Part shown: positions 35,985-48,095 of the stretch, in pieces | Layout: every line of letters begins with the position of its first letter | How positions within the stretch are numbered: the first letter of the stretch is position 1 | Source: Eledone cirrhosa | Taxonomy: Eukaryota | Length of the DNA: 64,000 nucleotides | Direction: 5' to 3' | Assembly (NCBI GenBank): GCA_964016885.1 | Contig: OZ024744.1 | Span: forward strand, 42,036,001 to 42,100,000 | Translations under genes and position numbers: made by a program | The notes under the pieces: generated by a model | Seen by the model: the letters and a program-made list of their open reading frames with translations, nothing else | Told to the model about the DNA's origin: nothing | Databases searched by the model: none

Positions 35985-35986
<2 letters not shown>
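33513..35986 (+). mobile_element. 5'-truncated Hydra-type PLE with long 3' UTR, internal ~255-bp tandem duplication and terminal HHR
   Basis: Translates to CNCKSKSKCPLNNNCL..VVYNC..YVGST..CDLCVEE..CCRH (33765-34200). Duplication at ~35270-35790. Ends in (TA)n. Confidence 0.8.
35879..35944 (+). ncRNA. Hammerhead ribozyme (type I, minimal stem III)
   Basis: Stem I TATTTTAT/ATGAAATA, CTGACGA, stem II AGG-ATGCCATATT/AATATGGTAT-CCT, GAAA, TATGTA, UA site. Confidence 0.85.
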
Positions 35987-36046
<60 letters not shown>

Positions 36047-36095
36047 TTGTGTGTGTGTATGTGTGTGTATATGTATGTATGTGTGTATATGTATA

Positions 36096-36136
<41 letters not shown>

Positions 36137-36293
36137 CTATATGTATATATGTATATATATGTATGTATATGTGCATATATATGTATATATATATGTATAT
36201 ATATATGTGTGTGTATATATATATTTATATGTATATGTATATATGGATATATTTGTGTATAAATGTATATATGTGTATATGTGTGTATGTATG

Positions 36294-36324
<31 letters not shown>

Positions 36325-36442
36325 ATATGTATATATATGTGTATATGTGTATATATGTATGTGTATATATATGTATATGTGTATATATATATATATGTAT
36401 ATATATGTGTATATGTGTATATATGTATGTGTATATATATGT

Positions 36443-36484
<42 letters not shown>

Positions 36485-36604
36485 TTATATATGTATATAT
36501 ATGTAAATGTGTATGTGTATATGTATGTATGTGAATGTATGTATATATGTATATATCTGTGTATGTATTTAATATTTTTATATATATATATTTATATGTA
36601 TATA

Positions 36605-36635
<31 letters not shown>

Positions 36636-36722
36636 GTGTATATATATTTTTATGTATATATGTATGTATATGTATATTTGTGTATATATATGTATGTATA
36701 TATATGTATATATATGTGTGTA

Positions 36723-36811
<89 letters not shown>

Positions 36812-36822
36812 ATGTATGTGTT

Positions 36823-36855
<33 letters not shown>

Positions 36856-37228
36856 GTGTGTATATGTATGTATTTATATGTATATGTATGTGTATATATG
36901 TATATATATGTATGTGTGTATGTATGTATACATATATATATGCGTGTGTGTACGTGTATATATGTATATATGTATATATATTTCGTTTCTGAATTTGATT
37001 AGCAAGATTCTTTATCTGAAAACGTGTGTTGAAACCGATATTGTTATACTTAGCGTCTGGTGCGTTTGTTTCTTATTGGCAACATGACCCTCCCAAAGGA
37101 TAACAATATATATATATATATTTATATAAATATATATGTATATATATGTATGTGTATACGTATGTATGTGTGTATGTCTGTGTATGTGTATATATTTGAA
37201 TTTATATATATATATGTTTATATATATG
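35987..37228. repeat. (TA)n/(TG)n microsatellite with a ~130-bp inverted Naiad-type end at 36981-37109
   Basis: Minus arm encodes [23 protein letters not shown]. Plus arm contains CTTATTGGCAACATGACCCTCCC. Confidence 0.85.
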
Positions 37229-37973
37229 TAGGAGGTGAGTTTTATTGTAGTACAATAAAGCAATGCAGATATCGAATAAGAAGCACTCTACAGTTTGTAG
37301 GACTGGAGTATACATAATATATAAGATCAAAAGATGGTTAAAAGAGTTCCATGTATTTTATTTTGCGCATTTCAAAAACAAATATCATCATGCAATAATA
37401 TTTGTGTTTTCATCAGATAAAATAGGAAGAGATGATATGAAGGTTAAAAAACACTTGTGAATAATGCAGTTTTAAATCAACATATGAAAAGTAGTTTTAG
37501 ATTGATGTGTGATATTGGGAAAAAAAATTTTTTGAGGCGGGGGTGGAAAGGATTAAAAAGAGGAGGAGATGAGAGTAAAAAGTGGAGGGGGAGGAGTAAA
37601 CAAATATACAATATACAAACCTTAACTTTACATTATTTTTCTCTTCGTTAATTTTCAAATTCTTTTAATTTATACATTATCTTCCAACGGTTTTTCAACC
37701 TCTCTATGTAAAACAATATATTTTTTCTCAGTTATAAAAGCTATCTCTCTCTTTCTATCACCCATCTCTCCTCCTATCTCATCCTTCCTCATTATACTCC
37801 TCCCCCTCCACTTTTTACTCTCATCTCCTCCTCTTTTTCATCCTTTCCACCCCCACCCACCCTCAAAAATTTTTTTGGGCCAATATCACACATCAATCTA
37901 AAACTACTTCTCATATGTTGATTTAAAACTGAACTATTCGCAAGTGTTTTTTAACCTTCATATCATGTCTTCC

Positions 37974-38044
37974 TATTTTATCTGATGAAAACAAATATTA
38001 TATTGCATGATGATATTTGTTTTTGAAATGCGCATAATAAAATA
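37974..38044 (+). ncRNA. Hammerhead ribozyme in the 5' pLTR (inverted copy at 37354-37424 has a mutated cleavage triplet)
   Basis: TATTTTAT, CTGATGA, AAACAAATAT/ATATTTGTTT stem, GAAA, palindromic TGCGCA, TA, ATAAAATA. Confidence 0.88.
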
Positions 38045-38244
38045 CATGGAACTCTTTTAACCATCTTTTGATCTTATATATTATGTATACTCCAGTCCTA
38101 CAAACTGTAGAGTGCTTCTTATCCGATATCTGCATTGCTTTATTGCACTACAATAAAACTCACCTCCTACATTAACTTGCTCCTTAACGGTTGAGCGTTA
38201 ACTCTCATATTGGATACCTTTTGATGGTCCTTTACCTTTTTTCT

Positions 38245-40636
38245 TCTACAACATAACCAACTCAACTAAAGACATTCCTATACCTGGTAAATCTGAATTC
38301 ACCAAACTTCTAATCGAAAAAACTGACTCCTTTGTAAGAAGACTTAGATGGATAGCTTATTTCTATGACCAGCGCCTAAAAGGGAACTTCTATACCAAAG
38401 AACATAACTTCCTCGATCATTTATTTAATTCTAGAAGAAATCCTCCTTCCAACAAAATTCTAGTGCAATTCGAGAAAGAGTTAACAAAAATTATAAAAAA
38501 TCTTAAATTCAAGAGATACCCTTACAAAGGACAAGAGCACCTTGTAAATCTCAAGAACACAATTTCAAACCTAAATTCCTCAAAAATGTTTTAGTCCACT
38601 CTGACAAAACCAATAATTTATATGGTATTTCCAAGGATAACTATAACAACCTTATCCTAAAGGAACTTATGAAAAAATATCGTAAAACCAACCATGATAA
38701 TTTAGAATCCATAAACTTTGAAACCTCTGAGATTATGTCAAAACTTGGCATCGGAAAAACGACCGAACCATTCGTCCCAAGAACTCCGAAGATAAATCTC
38801 AAGGATCACAAAAACAATTTTCGTACTGAACTACCTGTTAGATTAATCGCCCCCTCTAAATCAGATCTGGTGGTTGTTAGTAAAGCCATCTTGGATAGAA
38901 TTATCCCACAGGTTCGTTCTAATTGCTCTTCTTTGAACTTAAATTGATGGTTTGGCACTTCTGAAGTGATTGGCTGGTTCAACAAATTGAATAATAAAAA
39001 CAAACTAAAGTTTGTTCAATTTGATATTGCCAGCTACTATTCTTCTATTTCGCCTTCACTTCTCAATAATGCTCTATCTTTCGCACTTAAATATTCTGAC
39101 ATCACCACAGATGAACTTCACATCATTCTCACCGCACGTAAAACCATCCTAGAATTCAACAATGAATATTGGACCAGAGCTGATACCTCTAACAACTTCG
39201 ACATCACAATGGGAGCATCCGATTCATCCCAATTGACAGATTTAATTGGTATCTTTATTTTGAACTCTTTGAGTCGGAAAATTCCTCAACTTCGCGGTGG
39301 AATTTATCGTGACGATGGACTCTTTACTATCTTAAATTGCAACATAGTTAACCTTAATATTATTAAGAACAATATACGTAATCTCTTTAACCAACATAAC
39401 TTAAAAATTGAATTTGATAGCAGCATCAAACTAGCTAATTTCTTGGATGTATCTCTTAATCTTGACACTGGCCTATATTACCCTTACCATAAAAACAATG
39501 AGAACCTAAATTATGTTAATTTTAGATCTAACCACCCCACTATTATTAAGAATGCTATAGTTAGTAATATTGGAAAAATAATATCTAACCTATGTTCTAA
39601 TAAAAATATCTTTGATGCTAACGCCAATTACTATAATAACGCGCTTTCTAAAGCCGGCTATCCTGATAAAATCAAATATAGTAAAGAAACAAATTCTAGA
39701 AGATCTTACAGTAGAATAATTAATCATGATCATTCCAATAACTTTAATAAAAGACCTAGATACAAAAGCATAATCTGGTATAATGCTCCTTTCTCCATCT
39801 CTATTAATAATAATATTCCTAAATTATTCTTTAGTGCCTTAAATAAATGCTTCCCTCCCTCACATATCTATAGTAAAATATTTAACAAACACACTATAAA
39901 ATTTTCCTATTCGACATCCTCCAACATTTCCAACATTATCTCTAAACACAACAATAAAATACTAAATACTAAATCTCTTCCTTCCAACACTGAATATCAT
40001 AATAATAGTAATAGTACTCCCGACGTCATTGTAAACTCTAGGCTAATTTCTGCAAACCCAAATACAACGTCAAACACAACTTCGCTAAATGTTCTTAATC
40101 CCATTCTAAATCAAGAAACTATTATTCCTATCGCAAATAACTTCTCCAATCCAATTCCTTCTATAGATAACACTATGTCACTCGTTAATAATCTCTCTAA
40201 TCGCAATTGCAATTGCCCTGTTAAAAATAAATGTCCTCTCAACAACCATTGTCTTGATAAAAACTTAATCTACGAATGTAAAGTTATAACTGACACCAAT
40301 TCCTTCACCTATTTTGGCTCCACTTCCACCTCCTTTAAAGCTCGTCTTTATAATCATCATTCGTCTTTTAAATACCAACTTAAAAGAACCAACACGGCTC
40401 TCTCAGAACTCATATGGTCCTTAAAAGACAAAAATATTAAATATAACATCTCTTGGAAAAAGGTTTCTTCTGCTTCGTCACACTTGAACAGTTCTCTATC
40501 CAAGACTTGCAATCTCTGTCTAAATGAAAAATTTACCATTATCTCTAATTTAGATTCTATAATAAATAGACGCACTGACTTGTTTTCTCTCTGCTTGCAT
40601 AAATTCCACAGAACATTCCACAAAGTATACAGCTAA
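38245..40636 (+). pseudogene. Hydra-type PLE RT-GIY-YIG ORF with a frameshift (~38585) and in-frame TGA (38945)
   Basis: STKDIPIP..LRW, SDKT, FDIASYYSSI, TMGASDSS, YRDDGL, FLDV, CNCPVKNKCPL, IYECK..YFGST, CNLCLNEK, CLHK. Confidence 0.88.
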
Positions 40637-40676
40637 TATCCAAAACTTTATCAATTTAGAATCCTTTTCTCAAAGG

Positions 40677-40737
<61 letters not shown>

Positions 40738-41642
40738 TTCTTTAAAAATATACCCATCTTTCTACCTTATTTCAAAGTTATTTATTATACATTATATAAT
40801 ACTTGTTACACATTCTATATCACTCCTATTTATCACTTCCATTTCTTCCTTTTCCTTTTCTTTTCTTTTTCTTTTAATTTCTAACCCCTAATCTGTACCT
40901 TTTCTCACTGTGCCTAGCATTGAAACAATTATTACACAATACAATATATTCTTACTTTATATCACCTTGAAAAAATCCTTCGTAAACATAAACATTTTTT
41001 TTTTACGTTAGATTATTCATCCTCAATTCATTATTTTTTTCTCCCTTTCATCTAACTTATTCATGCTCATCTCACAATATATCCTTACTTAGATTACTTG
41101 TGTTTTTTTTAATAATACATATCAACATTTTCTTTCTATCGCACATATTATTAAACCCTTAAATATTATTCTTAATACATATTAACATTTTCTTTCCATC
41201 GCACATATTATTATACCCTTAAATATTATTCTCAATACATATTAACATTTTCTTTTCATCGCACATATTATTAAACCCTTGAATATACAAACCTTAACTT
41301 TACATTATTTTTCTCTTCGTTAATTTTCAAATTCTTTTAATTTATACATTATCTTCCAACGGTTTTTCAACCTCTCTATGTAAAACAAAATATTTTTTCT
41401 CAGTTATAAAAGTTATCTCTCTCTCTCTCTATCACCCATCTCTCCTCCTATCTCATCCTTCCTCATTATACTCCTCCCCCTCCACTTTTTACTCTCATCT
41501 CCTCCTCTTTCTCATCCTTTCCACCCACCCCCTCAAAAAATTGTTTGGCCAATATCACACATCAATCTAAAACTACTTTTCATATGTTGATTTAAAACTG
41601 CACTATTCACAAGTGTTTTTTAACCTTCATATCATGTCTTCC

Positions 41643-41715
41643 TATTTTATCTGATGAAAACACAAATATATTATTGCATGATGATATTTGTTTTTGAAAT
41701 GCGCATAATAAAATA
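41643..41715 (+). ncRNA. Hammerhead ribozyme in the 3' pLTR
   Basis: Same architecture as 37974-38044. 8-bp stem I, palindromic stem III TGCGCA, AUA site. Confidence 0.88.
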
Positions 41716-41815
41716 CTTGGAACTCTTTTAACCATCTTTTGATCTTATATATTATGTATACTCCAGTCCTACAAACTGTAGAGTGCTTCTTATCCGATAT
41801 CTGCATTGCTTTATT

Positions 41816-41887
<72 letters not shown>

Positions 41888-41889
<2 letters not shown>

Positions 41890-42890
41890 GATAAATCTAC
41901 CAAGAGTTTACGGTAGTGTCCAATCCGTATGAAGAACTCAATGTAATCCGGATATCATGGAAAGAAGAGATGCATTCAAAAATCACTTCCGGTGAAAGAT
42001 AAACGGAATACAGATTCAAGATAAAATATTTAAAAAATAATGAATAAAACAATGAAACAGTTCCTTATATTAAACAAAAAAAGTTCATTATTTAACGATC
42101 GTTTCTAGGACATATATGTGTTAGAATTGGCATGCATATTTAACAGATCTATGTACAAAATTATACAAAATTATACAAACTATCAAATTTAATATACATA
42201 CCAACACATATATATGCCGTCTTCAGAAATAATGAAATATATTTATTGATAATAACAACAATTCAAAATTACAGGTCTGTTTGGGAACAGAGTTCAAATT
42301 GACCAATGAAATACACAGAAATATGTCCAGAAAATACAGTTAGGTGTGTGTATATATGTAAGTAACTTCGTTCACAGATATGCATAAAAATATATGTTCA
42401 CATGCATACGCATGTCGAAAAAATGTATGTAAATACAAAAATTCAGGGCTAATGTCTCTGTATGTTTATAATCTACAGATAAAATACATATACGTATATA
42501 AACATATATACATTCATATATACACACATAAACATACATTCACACACACACGCGCATATACGCATAAACATACACATAACCACGAACATACACACACACA
42601 CACACACACACACCCACCCACACACACACACATATATGTGTATATATTATTATCATAAGCATATAGACATTAAGGCTCGCACATAAGCACTGCCACATAT
42701 ATTTAGGTCCAGATACAGAAAGTAGGTGGGGGGGGTCAGTATTTACGGGTGTCAGACAAACTGCCTATTTAAAAATGTATCTATAAATTTAGAAATAAAA
42801 AGAAGAATATTAAAAAAAATTTATTAAAATTCCTTTACAGATGAAATATAACAAAATAGCGTGTAATCAATGAGAGAGAAATATTTTTTA
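41888..42890 (-). mobile_element. Minus-strand PLE 3' end/pLTR of another family, with HHR at 42084-42236
   Basis: Minus strand reads TTCATTATTT, CTGAAGA, long stem II, GAAA, CGATCG, TT, AAATAATGAA. Terminates in (TA)n at ~41887. Confidence 0.7.
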
Positions 42891-42892
42891 AT

Positions 42893-44347
42893 ATTATAGA
42901 GTTACTATAGACTACCCAAGCAAACACCCCAACCATCGATTACCTGTACTAGACACAGAGCTCAGGTTAGATACCATTAATAACAAAAACAAATCCTCCA
43001 TTCCCATTATGCCAAACCCATGACTTCCAAATATCTGATCCACCGAATCTCAGCTGTTTCGGACCATACCAAAATCAACATACTGATTGCGGATTTGGTA
43101 CGGGTGATGAGAAACGTGTCCCGCATGTGCAACCCCAAAGAACTAGAGAGACACATACAACACTTCATCCACCGTATGGAGTTCTCTGGTTACAATCAGA
43201 GAGATAAAATCATAGTATATAGAGGAGCCAGAACCAAATGGTAAATAATGACACAAATGGGACCTGCCCCTTGTATAGGAGCAAATTTTGGAATATAATA
43301 GAAAGAACTAGGAATAAGGTTAATAGAATAAACTCACGGTATGATAGCAATAAATAGCATAGTGTAATGTTCATCGATACAACCCCTAGAGGTGAATTAG
43401 CTTACAAATTTAGAAAGGCCCTAGATAAACATTAACTCAATATTAAGATAGTAGAAAGACCAGGTACCTCCATCAAAACACTTATTAGCAAGACATACCC
43501 TTTTCAAAGACCTCCCTGTATAGATAAGAAATGTATAATCTGTAAATTAAGCCCGCATATTAACTGTAAAACTAAAAATGTAGTATATAGCATAAGATGT
43601 ACTGAAGGACAATGTAGAGATAAAAATATAGTGTACATAGGTGAGACAGCTCGTAGTGTAGGGGAACGGATAAATGAACACTGGCGAGACCTTCAAGATA
43701 GTAAAGAATCATCTGTACTCAACCAACATGATAAAATAGAACATAAGGGTAAATTAGAGAACATAGAAATAAAAATAGAATCTACACACAGAAAAGACGC
43801 AATGATTAGACAAATCACAGAGGCAACAAACATAAATGAACTCCAACCAAAATTAAATAGAAAACATGAATGGAACAGCAACATCACAACTTACAATTAA
43901 GGACAAAATGAAAACACACACGCACATAGAACAAACAACCAACCAGTAACATGTAAATAAAGAAATAAATAAACAAATATAAACACACACAGACACCCGG
44001 ATGTAACACATGCGCAAACTAAGCATACAACACACACAAAAACAAGATGGCGTAGGACAGAACAAAGAGAGGCACAAAAACAAAGAAAAGAATCCCCAGT
44101 CACTGAAGAGGTCACAGAATGTGTGACGAAAGAACTTTGACAATATATAAACAATCATCTGGTTGTGGAACCAACCAACCAACCGGAAATTTATAAATTC
44201 CTAAATTTATAAATTTATCATAATAAATTGAAATGAAAGTAACTGGTGCGTGTGTTTCTTATTGGCAACATGACCCTCCCATATTATAACAATATCGGTT
44301 TCAACACACGTTTTCAGATAAAGAATCTTGCTAAACAAGTTCAGACA

Positions 44348-44353
<6 letters not shown>
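42893..44353 (+). mobile_element. Degenerate 5'-truncated Naiad-type PLE related to the array element
   Basis: VTIDYPSKHPNHRLPVLDTEL, ILIADLVRVMRNVS, YIGETARSVGER, LNRKHEW, with stops and frameshifts. 3' UTR, then MTLPYYNNIGFNTRFQIKNLAKQVQTRY fused to (TA)n. Confidence 0.92.
44099..44141 (+). ncRNA. Minimal hammerhead ribozyme at the position homologous to the array HHR
   Basis: GTCA, CTGAAGA, G, GTCACA/TGTGAC, GAAA, GAAC, TT, TGAC. Confidence 0.75.
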
Positions 44354-44427
<74 letters not shown>

Positions 44428-44469
44428 ATGTGTGTGTGTGGGTGCGCGCGTGTGTGTGTGTTTGTGAAT

Positions 44470-45790
44470 GTGTCTGTTGACATTTGGAATATAGCTTAAG
44501 AGAAACTTGAAGATAATGGTATGATAGGCACTCAATATTTTGAATTGGTCTATAGAATTCTCTAGGCCTTTTTCACTCTTAGTAGAACCTTAAAGAATTA
44601 ACTTTTAAAGAATTTCCCTTTTCTTTAAATCCATCAACCATGACTGACCCCAACGATCTTATAGTCACTTGAAATATAGGCATTGTTAGCTTAAGAGAAA
44701 CTTCAAAATAAGGAGTGGCACCACATTCTGAACTTGTTTGTAGAATTCTTTCTGCCTTTGTTACTCTAAATATAAATTATAGCTTTAAAGAATTAGCTTT
44801 TAATGAATTCCCTTTTCTATCAACCAATGACCTCTAACAATCCCACTCCCTACCCTCTCCTACCACCTGAAGAGGCCTATAAATAGCATATTTATTTTTT
44901 GATACCCAGATTTCTGATGATTTCTAAAGAATGAAACAGTTCTAGTCCTGTAGGATCTCATCTATATTATCACTAATTGACAATGGAATCCAACGTGCCC
45001 TAAAACTCAGTACCCAGGACCTTAGACACCCTAAAGTAAATCAACCAAAACTAAAAGCTCTTCCATACATCTCCACACACAACCCCCTCAACAATGAGGC
45101 CTTTGACACCATCCTCCAGAACATCCCTGTATTGAAAAAGGACCATAGAATGAACCAAATTCTACGAACACACGATATCATAAAGAGCAAAAGACAATCC
45201 AAGTCAATGAAAAACATCTTAACACATGCCAAAGTACTGCCAACCACAACAACGAAACCCACAGTAAAAAATGCGATAGACCCAACTGTGGCATTTGCAT
45301 CAACCTAATAGAGGGTTCGGAATTCTATTTCAAAGATGGACAACGTTTTATAGTAAAACACAATTTCACATGTGCATCGGAAAATCTAATATATGTATTA
45401 ACTTGTTCAGGTTGTCGAGAACAATACATAGGCCAGACCAAAAACAGCCTCCGCCAACGCATGACTGTCCATAGATCCCAAATCAAAATACGGGAATACA
45501 GGAAAATACCAGTGAGTGAACACATTGATACCTGTGCCGCCCAAAATCATCCCAACTTCAGAATCTTTCCCCTCTACAAATTTAAAGATAAGGCCACCCA
45601 CACCCAGCGCATCAGCAAGGAATCTTACTTCATTAACAAATACGGACCCCGTCTAAACACTTCTCCCTAAGACGAACCCACAACATACACACGTCAACAT
45701 ACATACCTACATCAGCACACATCTCTACCCACATATAAACACAATGACATACGTAAACACACATGCTCATGGTGCAACACAAAAAGATAT
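44470..45790 (+). mobile_element. 5'-truncated Neptune-like PLE (linker plus GIY-YIG) preceded by a pLTR-like segment with HHR
   Basis: LPYISTHNP, CDRPNCGIC, FTCASENLIYVLTCSGCREQYIGQT..LRQR..H..VSEH..KESYFI..LN, stop at 45670. Confidence 0.8.
44908..44958 (+). ncRNA. Hammerhead ribozyme
   Basis: AGATTT, CTGATGA, T-TTCT/AGAA-T, GAAA, CAG..CTG, TA, GGATCT. Confidence 0.75.
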
Positions 45791-45805
45791 ATGTGCATGT
45801 ATATA

Positions 45806-46926
<1,121 letters not shown>

Positions 46927-47071
46927 ATATATGTGTGTGTGTATATATATATAGTGAATATCATTTCACACCTTTTATTGTTAAGATTTTTGATGTTCTA
47001 TTAAGAGAACCGTATTTACTGAAAAAATTGAATAATGTACACCATTTTACCAGGGGGAAAAAAATACTGGT

Positions 47072-47114
<43 letters not shown>

Positions 47115-47294
47115 CACACACACATACACACGCGTACATCAACATACAAAGAGACTTATATATACACACCACACACACACCCACTTCTCCGTATAAGACA
47201 AAAGCTGAAAAATATCTTTTGACATGCTAAAATACCCCCCATTGCTTTCAGACACATTCTTACTGACCATCCCTGCCACCACGAATTACTCTGC

Positions 47295-47325
<31 letters not shown>

Positions 47326-47402
47326 TTATCTTAATAGCCCTTTGACTCACATCGCTGCTAACCATTATCACAACATCGAACACCTTACTACTACTACTAC
47401 TA

Positions 47403-47451
<49 letters not shown>

Positions 47452-47452
<1 letters not shown>

Positions 47453-47945
47453 TTGTTGTGAAAGAGTCATTTCTCAATCTTGGCGCAAAACCAATTTTTT
47501 ATTCACATGACCTCTATCGACCAATCAAAATTGTTTTGACCACAAGAATTTTTGCTGGAGCCACTTTTTTAACATAAAAACAGTCTTGGCGCAAAATCAA
47601 TTTTTTACATTCACATGACCTCTACCGACCAATCAAAATCGTTTTGATCACAAGAATTTTTGCAAATTGGAGCCACTTTTTTAACATAAAAACAGGTAGA
47701 ATTTCCCAAACTAATCAGATCAGAGCAAACAGCACGGACACTCTATCTCAAAATTATTTTTGAAAAGCATTTAGAAATGCGCAACCGGTAAAAGCTTAAA
47801 AACTTAAAACCACAACTGAATACTAACCCATACAATCACTAATACTCTTTTATTCCTAATTAAAACATTTTTCAACTGTGAACAATTTGTCAGCATTTTC
47901 TATTCCGTTTACCAATATATAATAACTTGTGTGTTACACCTCTAT
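47452..47945 (+). repeat. Unclassified repeat: ~105-bp tandem duplication plus a ~205-bp segment (47717-47920) repeated at 54395-54598
   Basis: Direct sequence identity between the two loci. Confidence 0.8.
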
Positions 47946-47950
47946 TCTTT

Positions 47951-48020
<70 letters not shown>

Positions 48021-48034
48021 TATATACATACATA

Positions 48035-48091
<57 letters not shown>

Positions 48092-48095
<4 letters not shown>

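Larger units (their letters stand above)
37228..41820 (+). mobile_element. Near-complete Hydra-type PLE: inverted partial pLTR, direct pLTR, ORF, pLTR
   Basis: 37228-37597 is the reverse complement of ~37790-38172. 37611-38150 repeats at 41283-41820. Bounded by (TA)n. Confidence 0.88.
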
